Part shown: positions 25,592 through 37,598 of the stretch, piece by piece
Position numbering within the stretch: the stretch's first letter is position 1
How the letters are laid out: every line of letters starts with the position of its first letter
Source of the DNA: Octopus sinensis
Lineage: Eukaryota
DNA: 64,000 nucleotides
NCBI RefSeq assembly: GCF_006345805.1
Contig: NC_043001.1
Location: 15,190,001-15,254,000 of the forward strand
Direction of reading: 5' to 3'
Notes under the pieces: generated by a model
Seen by the model: only the letters and a program-made list of their open reading frames with translations
Told to the model about the DNA's origin: nothing
Databases searched by the model: none
Program-made: the position numbers and the translations under genes

Positions 25592-25812
25592 TGAAGGTGG
25601 TGAGCTGGCAGAAACATTAGCATGCTGGGCGAAATGCTTAGTGGTATTTCATCTGTCTTTATGTTCTGAGTTCAAAATCTGCTGAGGTTGACTTTGCCTT
25701 TCATTGTCGGGGTCAATACATTAAGTACCAGTTGTGTACTGGGGTCGATCTAATCGATTGTCCCCCACCCCTCCCAAAATTTCAGGCCTTGTGCCTATAG
25801 TAGAAAAGAATA
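25592..25812 (+). mobile_element. SINE family B
   Basis: Head, Deu/Nin-like domain, GGCCTTGTGCC..GTAGAAAAGAATATT tail. Confidence 0.85.
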
Positions 25813-25829
25813 TTCACTGTGCTGATACT

Positions 25830-26480
25830 GGTAAAAAGTACCCATGCCAGGGCCATGTGGTAAACACCCATGCTGATTCTATATAAAAGCACCTTTGTCA
25901 GTGCCACACAGAAGACACCCCCGTCGCAGTCATGTTGCAGGCACCTGTGCCAGTTCCACAGTAGTCACCCAACCAGGTGTCACATAATATGCACCTACAC
26001 TAATGCTACTTATAAAGCTGGTGCAATGGAAATGCACCCAGTATACTTTGCAAAATGGTTGATGTTAGGAGAGGCATCCAGCCATAGAAATCATGCCAAA
26101 ACAGACAAATGGCGCCTGGTGCAGCCTTTCTGGCTGACCAGCTCCTGTCAAAACTGTCCAACCCATGAGAGCATTAATATTGGACTTTAAATAATGAGAT
26201 GTGTGTGATCATCATCATTTATTATCCATTGTCCATGCTGGCACAGACTGGACGGTTTGACCAGGGATGGTAAGCTGGAAGGGCTGCACCAGACACGAGT
26301 CTGATTTGGCATGGTTTTCTATGTCTAGATGCCCTTCCTAATGCCAACCACTCTGAAAGGGTAATGGGTGTTTTTATGTGACACCAGTATCTTCCCCGAC
26401 TGCGATTTGGCTCGGCTTGATGGGTCTTCTTTGGGCAAAATCACAGTTATAGCAAATACTGGTGTCACGCAAATGGCACC
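25830..26480. mobile_element. Two RTE 3' ends tail-to-tail (+ 25830-26195, - 26207-26480)
   Basis: Tail motifs in opposite orientation, ~12 nt apart. Confidence 0.7.
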
Positions 26481-26774
26481 TGTGCCGGTGGCTGTATATA
26501 TATTTATATATAATAAAATAGAGCTAAGTTTTCTAATATATTTTTTATTAGTGCTGTGATTTTAAATTTGAATTTCTATGAAAATATCCAATCTTATTTT
26601 CAAAATAATACACGTTACTTTAAATGAAAGCACACAAGCAAGAATTTTGACTGTTCAAATTGATATTAAATAAACAATATTAAAAAAATTACTGAGTTGT
26701 AAAAGGATTAATATATCCATGTATTATAATATTTGATCTGTGTCCAATAAGCAAGACTGGATGACAAATTTTAA

Positions 26775-27190
26775 TACTGGTTTCAAATTTTGGCACAAGG
26801 CCAGCGACTCTAGAGGAGGGGGAAAGCTGATTATATCACTCCCAATGCTTGACTGGTACTTATTGACCCCAAAAAGATAAAACGCAAAGTTGACCTTGGC
26901 AGAATTCGAACTCGGAATGTAAAGACAAGAGAAATTCCACTGAGCACTTAGCTTGGTATGCTAACGATTCTGCCAGCTTGTTGCCTGATTCCTGTATTAC
27001 AATATTAGTTACAAATTTTGGCACAAGGATAGTGGTTTTGGGGGAGGGGGAAAGCTGATTATATCATCCTCAGTGCTCAACTGGTACTTATTTTATCAAC
27101 CCTGAAAAGACGAAAGGCAAAGCTGACCTCAATGAAATTTGAACTCAAAATGTAAAGACGGACAAAATGCTGCTAAACACTTTGCTTGGA
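26775..27190 (-). mobile_element. Two tandem SINE B copies
   Basis: Repeated CAAATTTTGGCACAAGG..GGTACTTA..GACCCC..AAAGTTGACCT. Confidence 0.8.
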
Positions 27191-27194
27191 ATTC

Positions 27195-27555
27195 ATTTAT
27201 TCTTTTATTTGTTTCAGTCATTTAACTGTGGTCATGCTGGAGCACTGCCTTTTAGTCAAAGAAATCGACTCCAGGACTTATTCTTTATAAGCCTAGTACT
27301 TATTCTATCGGTCTCTTTTGCCGAACCAGTAAGTCAGTGACATAAACACACCAGCATTGGTTGTCAAGCAATGGTGGGGGGACAAACACAGACACACAAA
27401 CATATACACACGCACACAATGGGCTTCTTTCAGTTTCTGTCTACCAAATCCACTCTGGGAGGCAATTCTAGAAGACACTTGCTCAAGGTGTCACGCAGTG
27501 GGACTGAACCCAGAACCATGTGGTTGGTAAGCAAGCTTCTTACCACACAGCCATG
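27195..27555 (-). mobile_element. SINE family A
   Basis: Reverse-complement match, with internal deletion. Confidence 0.85.
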
Positions 27556-28519
27556 GAACCACCTTGCCTCCTCATTCACATTTAATATTGAAAACTTTCC
27601 TTTTACTAAACCGTGGTGCCTGCAGAAACTGTGTAATATACTTATCAAAAACCGATAGACTGTAACTGACCTTTATTTGTGCACAAACAACAAATGTTAA
27701 TAAGTCTTTCTTCACATGACAGCGTCAAATCCTATATAACTTAATTCTTGCCAAGTTAAAACATTCACATTGATGCCTATTATAAAATAATTAGTAATAT
27801 AATTCCAATAATCAGAAATTAAAGAAAACAAAGTACATCAGCTACTTGCTTCAGAAAAAATCCCAACTTTAAAGAGATTAGTTAATATTGCATTAGTATT
27901 AAAGCTATAGTTTATTATTTTACCAAGTTACTAAATACAAAATGATTTTTTGATTTTTTTTTTTTTGTGATTTTTGTTCATTCTTTCGTTCTCTCTCTCT
28001 CTCTCTCTCTTTCAGAAAGTATTCCACAGAAAGTAATTTAAGAATAGTTGTGAATATTTTCCAAAACATCTGGTAATGATCATCTGTTCAACTTCAATGA
28101 TTGTAAAACGATGAGGATAAATCTGTTTCATGGTGCTTTTAGATAAGATGCAAGCGATACCTACCATTCATCAACAGGCCAGATACTAAAAACTTTGCCG
28201 ATTACATGTGATTGTTCAGCTTTTACCATTATGGTCTCCAGCCATTTAGGACAGCTACTCAGCAATAATATTAAAACATGCAATCTATGATTATCCACTA
28301 CTCCTAGCATAAGCCAAGTTCGAAAGTAATTACATAAATGACTTTCTGGAACTTTTAAATAATTTACTGCTTAATTTTCAAAAATCTCAGATTATATGGT
28401 TTTGCATTCAACTAAAAGTTATCATCATTCAGATTTACACAGGTATGTGAGCATGTGTATGTGTGCACACATGTGTGTGTATGTGTAAGAGCATGGATGT
28501 AGTTAAGAATTTATTAGTA

Positions 28520-28825
28520 TTCTTTTACTCTTTTACTTGTTTCAGTCATTTGACTGCGGCCATGCTGGAGCACCGCCTTTGATCAAATAAATTGACCCCA
28601 GGACTTATTCTTTGTAAGCCTAGTACTTATTCAATGGTCAGGGGACAAACACTGACACACAATATATATATATGATGGGCTTCTTTCAGTTTCCGTCTAC
28701 CAAATCCACTCACAAGGTTTTGGTCGGCCCGAGGCTCTAGTAGAAGACACTGGCCCAAGGTGCCACACAGTGGGACTGAACCCAGAACCATGTGGTTGGG
28801 AAGCAAACTTCTTACCCCACAGCTA
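28520..28825 (-). mobile_element. SINE family A with internal deletion
   Basis: Tail and head present; ~70 nt of the middle missing. Confidence 0.8.
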
Positions 28826-29683
28826 CACATACAGATTTCATTTTAATAAATATCTCTCCCCGTCACACACACACACACACACGCAAAAGCATACATACAC
28901 ACTCATTAACTTCTGTTACACACAAACACACAGACACAAATATGAGCACACATCTAAATAAACATTTGTCGGTATACTTTTTATTATATTTATTCTGTAA
29001 TTATTGATGTCAGTTGTGTTAGTCTTAGTCCCATGTGCACCCACGACCAGCATCCCAAGACCTATTATCATCTATTTATTGCTGTTTATCCTTTTACCAT
29101 GACAGTGTGTGGAATTGCTTTGTTGGAGCAATTGTTATTACAGCTGGATGCCCTCCCAACTGTTAATCTCTCAATGATGAAATAAGAATTGAATTCCTAT
29201 TGCCAGCAAGGTATATATTAAAGAATTTGGGGTTATAGACTTGCCTCAAAAAACTGTGAAAATGAGCCAATGGAGAAACCTCTATGCAGATGCATGACCA
29301 GCTGGAATAACAGCTAAATCTCACTCCAATCATACTTTACCATCTTAAGGACAGAAAGGACATTTTGATAATGTAGTCCTAGATAGCCCTAAAGGACGGG
29401 TTGATCAAGACTGGATTGCTTTTGATCATAGGTCAGCTTCATTGATGCCAACTTGCGATTAAACAACTGTGAAAATAGCTGCACTCGTCTGGTTTGCATT
29501 CTTTTGAAATTGAATAAAGTTTGACTCAAACGTTAAGCAATATTTGATACAATGCAGAAAAGACAAATATGTTCAATATTTCAACTGGAAAAGGAAGTTG
29601 ACAAAGAAAGGTGGAACAGAAGATTGAATATAAAGATTTGTTGTTTCTAGTTTAATAAGCAGAATTCTGATTTCATATCTTAC

Positions 29684-29696
29684 CTATTCACTGCAC
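29684..29696 (-). CDS. Candidate 13-nt microexon (xAVN-R)
   Basis: Acceptor gttattttgttttcaaag, donor TAG|GTAAGA; phase-compatible with the 21595 exon. Confidence 0.2.
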
Positions 29697-29819
29697 CTTT
29701 GAAAACAAAATAACTTTCAGTGACACTTGATGTAAGATTGCATTTACTGCAATATGGTTTTGGATGAAATGAAAATAAACTAGTATTACACATGAAAATA
29801 CATAAAAGAAGATAAAGAA

Positions 29820-30220
29820 TATAAAGGACAGCTGTGTAAAGAAGTGCCAATTCTGACTGTGGAGGGAATCTGTGGAAGAGATACACTAAGGAAGATGTGG
29901 GATGAAGTGGTGAAATATGATCTTCGGATGATGAGCATCACAGGTAATGACAGGTGTCCAAGACTTCTGGTGATTTGCTGTGCTTGAACAGACATGTCAA
30001 GCTAAGTGAAATTGTGCCAGTGACACATGAAAGGCACCCATGTTGGTGACACGAGAAACACCCAGTACAGTGTGGGAGTGACAAGAATTAGGAAGGGCAT
30101 CCAGCCATAGAAACCAAGCCAAAACAGACAGGAGCCTGGTGCAGCTCTCTGATTTACCATTTCCAGCCAAACTGTGTTACCAATGCCAGCATGGAAAACA
30201 GATGCTAAATAAAGATGATA
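29820..30220 (+). mobile_element. RTE LINE ORF2 C-terminus plus 3' tail
   Basis: CVKKC..LTVEGICGR..RKMWDEVVKYDLR. Confidence 0.8.
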
Positions 30221-31179
30221 AAAATGTTATCAGTTAATTATCCTGAAATGCAAATTCATAAAATACCATATTCAGGTAGGTTTGCATCTAGAATGCTCTG
30301 TGATATTTCGTAACAACTCTTTATGTTCTAAGCTTCAAGTCCCATGAAGTGACGATAATCTTTCATCCTCCTAGGGTCAATATATTCACCTGTATTCCTA
30401 TTGTTAAATGTATGGCCTTCAGCCTATGTTAGAACATATTATATAAAGCTTACGTTTTAAATGCTAAATTCAACAGTTTTTTTTTTTTTCAAAGGACACT
30501 TCTACAAATAACTGAACATAATTAGAACATGTAATTATAAAATAATGACATAACAGCATTAGTTAATTTCAGTCAAAATTTTCAGTTAGATAACAATATA
30601 ATTATAAGAATTGCCATCTGTTTAAAATGCCATAGATAAACATGTTGCATGCAAAATAACTAGGCTAAAAAGCAGAGTAAAACTTTTGGCTAACATTACA
30701 CAATTACTTGAAGAGAACATTTAAAAGAGTTTGTATCTTTTTTTTTTGAGAAATTAATAAATTAACATGAGAAATTGCCAGTTTTACAGATTTCTAAAAG
30801 GTATTTTGGCTTAAATATACGGAAATATTTTTTTGGTATACTTGTTTTCAGATATTTTTTATTTCTATTTTTCACAAAGCAAAGCTACCAGAATAAAATG
30901 TGCTAGTATTCCATATTATTTACCTTTCATAACAACACAAAATTTGTATTTCATATTTCTTCTGTATTAACTTAATAGCAAGGCAGTTGAAGTATTTTGA
31001 TTAGCAACAAAGCTCTCTTATCCATAAGTTTTCTTCATTACATTCATTGCCAGAAAACTCTCAAAGCTATTTACTATTTTCACAAGGCAGGTAAGGCAGC
31101 CTTGATTACACAGAATACACAAAAATTACATTAAGTCGTTACACACATGCCCACTAGATGGAAATATAAACAGATACAC

Positions 31180-31270
31180 CTTGCCTCGGTAAATTCAACT
31201 GACATAGCTTGAATAGATACAACAACAATTAATATGCCAAAACTAAACCCAAGAAAGACAAAGTTTGTCT
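31180..31270 (-). CDS. Candidate 91-nt exon (xTNFVFLGFSFGILIVVVSIQAMSVEFTEA)
   Basis: Strong acceptor gttcttttgtttttag, weak donor AAG|GTGTAT. The hydrophobicity may just reflect T/G richness. Confidence 0.2.
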
Positions 31271-32171
31271 CTAAAAACAAAAGAACTATAAGTATCATAT
31301 GTATAAGTTATAGGTTCAAATAACACATTTTATGTTTGGCACCTTTGGTATCAACATTCCAAAGTAAAGAGAGAGATAACAGAACTCTAACGTTGAAATT
31401 TAGATAAAGCTAAATATTTTTATAGCCATTAGCCTCATTAAAATATATCCTTAAAAATGTCTTCAACAATAGTGTTCATGCATTTGTTTTCAGCCTGCTG
31501 AGAGGTAATGAATTGATCTGAAAGCGAACAAAATATTGATGTAGAAAACAGACTTAATTTCACAGTAGAATAGCTAACAGACAGGACATAGTTAATTATA
31601 CAAAAGATACAAGTAACAGTTTAAGAGATGCAGATTCACTGCTTCAGTTGGTTGCTAAGAATTAGAAAATCTGGAAAATCCAGTGACTAAGAAGCTATTG
31701 TTAAGACACTTTGACTAAACAGCAGAGAAACAACAACAATGTAACATCTGGTGCATTATAAATTGACCTAAATTTAATGCATGGCTATCATGTCATTATA
31801 TATATATATCTTGCTCTTCTAATTCAATAAACACAAGAATATCACACTGCTAAAAGGAGACCCATCTCTCATATGTTCAACTATTTAGTCACATATCTAA
31901 CACAATGTATTCTCCTAACAAGCTAGGTCTCAAGACACTCAAAGACTGCCTCCCATCACAGAATTTTTAATTCTTTCCTGATTCAGTTATTCTCAGAGTA
32001 TTTTCTCTTCAATAACATCATCTCCAGTCAGAAAAGAATAAACATAATTCTCAGTTATTCTACCACCATAAATGAGCTTCAATTCCTTAATATAAGCAAA
32101 CAAACTTGTGCTCCCTATTCATAGTTGCATTATGTTCTCATTCTCTTCTTAATGTTTCATAAATTCATTCT

Positions 32172-32588
32172 TATCATCACCATCATCGTTTAACGTCCGT
32201 TTTCCATGTTAGCATGGGTTGGACGGTTCGACCAGGGTCTGGGAAGCCAGGAGGCTGCACCAGGCTCCAGTCTGATCTGGCAGTGTTTCTACAGCTGGAT
32301 GCCCTTCCTAACGCCAACCACTCCGTGAGTGTAGTGGGGGCTTTTTACATGCCACTGGCACAGGTGCCAGAGGAGGCTGGCGAACAGCCACGCTCGGATG
32401 GTGTTTTTTATGTGGCACCGACACAGGTGCCAGACGAGGCTGGCGAACGGCCACGTTCGGATGATGTTTTTTATGTACCATGGACACAGGTGCCAGACGA
32501 GGCTGGCGAACGGCCACACTCGGATGGTGTCTTTTACGTGCCACCAGCACGGAGGCCAGGCGAGGCTGGCACGGCCACGATCGATTCT
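32172..32588 (-). mobile_element. Young RTE 3' end with four 63-bp UTR repeats, flanked by 85-bp direct repeats
   Basis: CACAGGTGCCAG at 32359, 32422, 32485; flanks 32087-32171 and 32589-32673. Confidence 0.9.
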
Positions 32589-32789
32589 TTAATATAAGCA
32601 AACAAACTTGTGCTCTCTATTCATAGTTGCATTATGCTCTCATTCTCTTCTTAATGTTTCATAAATTCATTCTCCTGTTTATATATTAATTCACCTTAGA
32701 AAGAGATATACAGTTAACTGATTGGTCACCAGTAACATATATATATAGATAACAGTAATGTCCCTTCATTTACTAGCTTTATTTCACGG

Positions 32790-32945
32790 AGTAGTTGGCG
32801 TTAGGAAGGGCATCCAGCTATAGAAACACTGCCAGATCAGACTGGAGCCTGGTGTAGCCTCCTGGCTTCCCAGACCACAGTCGAACCATCCAACCCGTGC
32901 TAGCACGGAAAACGGACGTTAAACCATGATGATGATGATGATGAT
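32790..32945 (+). mobile_element. RTE 3' tail with (GAT)n
   Basis: Near-identical inverted copy of 32180-32330. Confidence 0.85.
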
Positions 32946-33269
32946 ATATATCACTTTCCAACCACATTCTCTCTTCTAAATTCTGAGTAGCTGCATTACT
33001 CCTCTACAGCAGGAAACCCATTCTGCTTCAGCAATTTTCTCTCTACTCCTTATTCTCTTATCATAAAGTTCAAGTGACATAGAAGAGGATAATGAGTGTG
33101 CGTGCGTAAGATTATTACCATCATTTAACATCCATGCCAGCATAAGATGGATAGTTTGATGAGAACTGATGAACCCAAGGACAGTGTTTGTTTGGCATAG
33201 ATTCTATGTCTGTACTGGGTGCGTTTTTTCATGCTACCAACATTAGTGAGGTTGCCATGCATCTTACAA

Positions 33270-33590
33270 GAGTACAGACTCTGAGAAAGGAGAGAGAACT
33301 TTATGCTTTGTAGTAAATGAACACAGACATAACACATTCAACAGAGCATGCTAGCATTATTTCTTTCAAGCCTTTACATGTCCTCTGAATTCGCAGCCCA
33401 TGTCTCACTTCCATGTAGCTTAGCTGTTTGTACAAAGGCATAATACAATCTGCCTTCCAGTCTGAGGGAGAGGTCCTTTGTTACCAACAAAGGCAATAGC
33501 TCTGAACTTTGCCCAGCTGGTTCTTATTCTAGCAACTATACTTTCAGAGCATCCTCCTCCACTGCTTGTTTGGTCACCCCCCAAGATACC
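33270..33590 (-). pseudogene. RTE ORF2 C-terminal fragment
   Basis: GDQTSSGGGCSESIVARIRTSWAKFR..LPLLVTKDLSLRLEGRLY..LHGSETWAANSEDM*RLERNNASM. Confidence 0.85.
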
Positions 33591-33608
33591 AGATACTATC
33601 TACACCCT

Positions 33609-33841
33609 TTAATCCTTTAGCATTTAAACTGGCCATATCCAGCCAAAATATTCTGCCTTTTTTTTTTTATGTTCAAACTGGCTTGATCCAACATCTCACA
33701 CCTACATTACAATGTTATAGTATAAATAAACTATCGCATCACTGAAATCTTGAAGCTACAAGATAATGCATGACTAATTCAAGACAAAGTGAATAAATAA
33801 ACATTGCATTTGATAGAGTAATCTGAATGGTAAAGGGTTAA
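33609..33841. mobile_element. piggyBac-like MITE (family 1)
   Basis: TTAATCCTTTAGCATT ... AATGGTAAAGGGTTAA. Confidence 0.75.
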
Positions 33842-33899
33842 GGTTCCCTCTGGGCATTTGAGAAAACCTACTATTCATTTCAGTCTGTGGCTGTGTTGG

Positions 33900-34440
33900 G
33901 ACAACCCTTTAAGGGATTAGCCAAACAAATCAAACAAGTATTGTATTATTCTTTAAGTTTAGTACTTATTCTATTGGTCATTATTGTCAAACTGCTAGTT
34001 TATGGGGACATAAACAAACCAAGACTGGGTTTTCAAGCAGTGGGATGACAAACACATACATACACACACACATATATATATGATTTGCAAGCTAGGCAAA
34101 ATGCTTAGCAGTATTTCATCTGTCTTTATGTTCTGAGTTCAAGGTCAACTTTGTCTTTCACCCTTTTGAGGTCAATAAATTAAGTACCAGTTGCATACTG
34201 GGGATTGATCTAATCGACTGGCCACCTCCACCAAAATTTCGGGCCTTGTGCCTAGAGTAAGAAAGTATATATATGACAGTCTTTCACATAGTTTCTTGCT
34301 TACCAAGTTCACCCTCAAGACATTGGCCTGCCTAGGGCTGGAGTAGAAAACACTTGCTTAAGGTGATGCACAGAGGAAGTGAATCTGAAACCACATGGTC
34401 GCAAAGCGAGGTGCCTAACCACACAGCCATGCCTATGCCT
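33900..34440 (-). mobile_element. Old SINE A interrupted in its (TA)n tract by SINE B (+, 34085-34265)
   Basis: A tail lies left of the B copy and A head right of it. Confidence 0.7.
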
Positions 34441-34559
34441 ATATAGAAGGAAATTTAAAGCAATAACATCTGATAATTAAAGAAGAATGCCTCATCGTTT
34501 CTGATTTATATGATTGAGAGGGATAATTATAAATTAACTCTCTTGACTACAACTTGCCC

Positions 34560-34960
34560 TGGGATTGGATCTACAACAGATATGTTGCATATCCCATTCC
34601 ATCATCATTGATGCTATAAGTTCATCACCAGTTATGGCTGTCCACCACCAAAGTCTTGCCCACAGTTTTAGAAAAACATTAATAGTTTATCTTCCCATGG
34701 CTCGTTTCCTTTACGATTTGACTGGAGGGAATCTTTATGTGTTGCAGACAGTTGCACTCCAGTTACAGAAAGATCACTGAAAATTTCTGTAATTTTTCTG
34801 TTATCTTGTTGGTCAACTGCTGGAAGTTATCATCGTCATTCGTCACCTTCTGCATCCAGCCAATGTTAAAAGCCATCTGGAGCATCAAAGTGTAGCAACT
34901 TTTGAAGGACTGTAAAAGTTTCAAGAAAGGTAGTACTAACATACTTAATGTAGTGGACAT
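34560..34960 (-). pseudogene. Possible pogo/Tigger-like transposase remnant
   Basis: Weak: LLQSFKSCY..GWMQKVTND..AVDQQ..RKITEI loosely resembles the Tigger C-terminal region. Confidence 0.25.
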
Positions 34961-34989
34961 CAAATAATGTAATTACAAATACATATTTT

Positions 34990-35935
34990 TTGCTTGCGAA
35001 GACCTGTTGGGGCAAGTGAAATCGAAATCGGAATCGAAATTGAACCAATCCTATGACTGGCACCCGGCAGATGCCAGGACCCCTGGACTGGAGATACGTA
35101 AAAAGCACTATCCGAATTGTGGCCGATGCCAGCGCTGCCTCGACTGGCTTCCGTGTCGGTGGCACGTAAAAAGCACCATCCGAATCGTGGACGAAGCCAG
35201 TGCCGCCTCGACTGGCTTCCGTGCAGGTGGCATGTAAAATGCACCAATCCGACCGTGGCCGATGCCAGCCTCGCCTGGCACCAGTGCAGGTGGCACGTAA
35301 AAAGCACCCACTACACTCACGGAGTGGTTGGCGTTAGGAAGGGCATCCAGCTGTAGAAACATTGCCAGATCAGATTGGAGCCTGATGCAGCCTCCTGGCT
35401 TCCCAGATCCCTGGTCGAACCGTCCAACTCATGCTAGCATGGAGAATGGACGCTAAATGATGATGATATCTGGTGAGGAAGATTAAATTGGCTCATCATC
35501 ATTGTTTAACATCCGTTTTCCATGCTAGCATGGGTTGGACGGTTCAACCGGGGTCTGGGAAGCCAGCAGGCTGCACCAGGCTCCATTCCGATCTGGCAGT
35601 GTTTCTACAGCTGGATGCCCTTCCTAACAACAAGCACTCCGTGAGTGTAGTGGGTGCTTTTTACATGCCACCGGCACTGGGACCAGAGGAGGCTGGTAAC
35701 GGCCACGATTGGTTGGTGCTTTTTACATGCCACCAGCACTAGTCAAGGACACCAGTCAAGGCGGCGCTGGTATCGGCCATGTTTGGTTGGTGCTTTTTAT
35801 GTGCCACCGGTATGGGTATCACAACTACAATTTCCATTTGATTTTTAGTTTGATGTTGATGTACTTGACTCAATAGGTCTCCACAAGCACAGCAGGTCGC
35901 CCTACAATCCAAGGTAAGCACAGCAGGCCGTCCTG
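34990..35935. mobile_element. Two RTE 3' ends tail-to-tail (+ 34990-35467, - 35493-35935)
   Basis: Both carry UTR repeats; arms of ~185 bp are inverted around a 25-nt spacer. Confidence 0.9.
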
Positions 35936-36224
35936 CGATCTCAATAATATTATTTTAATTATTTTAGCAAATATGGGACAACCATATTTTTCAGTTTGAC
36001 TAATTAACTTCAGAGATTCATTTTCTATGTTAATTTTCCCATCTAAATGTTTATGATATTGCATATCTAATTATTCCCTTATCATTTGTTTTGAGAGTAA
36101 TATGAAGGTTATGTTTCAACTAAGAGATCTAATGAGACCAAAACATATTCAGAATTGTTGCCCATCCTTGTTGTAATAATTAGAATAATATTAGTCCTGA
36201 ACTAATGTATTTTCCTCACTATAA

Positions 36225-36605
36225 GCATAGGCATGGCTGTGTGGTAAGAAGTTTGTGTTCCAACCACATGGTTCATGATTCAGTCTCTCTGCGTGGCACC
36301 TTGGGCAAGTGTCTTCTACTATAGCCTCAGGTCAACCAAAGCATTGTGAATAGATATGGTGGATGGAAACAAAAAGAAGCCTGTCACATATGTGTGTGTG
36401 GTGTATCTCCTACCACTGCTTCACCATTGTTGTAGGTGTGTATATATCCCCATAACTTAGCAGTTCAGCAAACGAGACCAATAGAATAAATACCAAACTG
36501 AAGAAAATAAAAACTGGGGATCAATGTACTCAACTAAAATTCTTCAAGGCAGTGACTCAGCATGGCTGCCGTCTGAATGACTGAAACGTGTAAAAGATAA
36601 AAGAT
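36225..36605 (+). mobile_element. SINE family A (older)
   Basis: Head to tail match. Confidence 0.8.
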
Positions 36606-37545
36606 ACAAACATTTCGATTTAAACGTTTAATGCTTTCTTCGTTAAATATGCCAACACTAACTTAACTATAGTTTTTCACGCAGATGGCACCTCTAAGTA
36701 ATTAACCTCAAAGACTTATAAAACTTCTCAACTATTAAAAAGATAAGAGAAAACTGAGTTTCATTTACTATTTAATCTTTATAATGTATTATTGAAGCAG
36801 TGTATTGGACGGATATTTATAAATATCATATTTTATAACATTATATTTGCTTCTTCGTATATCTTTCATCTAAGATTAAACTCAGACATAAAATTTCAAC
36901 GTGATTATCCCCATGTTACCTCGGTGCAAACAATGCACATTGCTCCAGTGGAGAAATCTGTACTTGTAATTTGCAGTTGGTACATCTCCAAACATTGCCT
37001 GTGTAACTATTTTAAGACACTGAAAGAAAACTGCATGCTATAGTTATTTTAGGTTGCAAAGCCTGAATCCAAATGTAATTGTTTAGATCCAAGTTAGCTC
37101 TGACTGAATAGATCTATGAGCATAGGGTATGCCAACCACGACCCTCCCATGTTTTTATTTGTTTTTTTTTTTTGCCACAGGGCACAAAGAATCACACTAC
37201 CTAATGTCTTCTTTTCTAAGACAGTATATATGACAATGAGCTAGGAAGATTTGGCTGCTATTACCTCTCAAAGCTAAGTTATGTACAGACTATAGTATAA
37301 ATATTCTCAAAGATTTATAACAGTGGATATAAGTACTTAAGGATTAGATAATGGAAGCCATATTGTTAAAAAAAAAACCCAAAAAACTTTCAATAAAAAG
37401 TTAACATTTTTTCTCATAGGAAATAAAGTATACATAGTCATTTCTGACATAATTGTATCAAACTTTATTAGGCAATTGATGCCTGAAATGAATTCTCTTA
37501 CACATTGTATGGAGCTTCTAATATAGTTTATCATAACAAACTCAC

Positions 37546-37598
37546 ATATCTTTTTGACATTCTGTTTCGTGATTATACCTATTATGTCTTTGCTAATA
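37546..37598 (-). CDS. Candidate 53-nt exon (xISKDIIGIITKQNVKKIx)
   Basis: Donor TAT|GTGAGT, acceptor aaatatttcag; one frame open. Confidence 0.15.

Noticed and set aside
28060-28300. Possible exon WLETIMVKAEQSHVIGKVFSIWPVDEW
   Set aside because: A donor is present but there is no credible acceptor; more likely a decayed TE.
32341-32585. CRISPR-like periodic array
   Set aside because: The whole 63-bp unit repeats with no unique spacers, there are no cas genes, and it lies inside an RTE 3' UTR.
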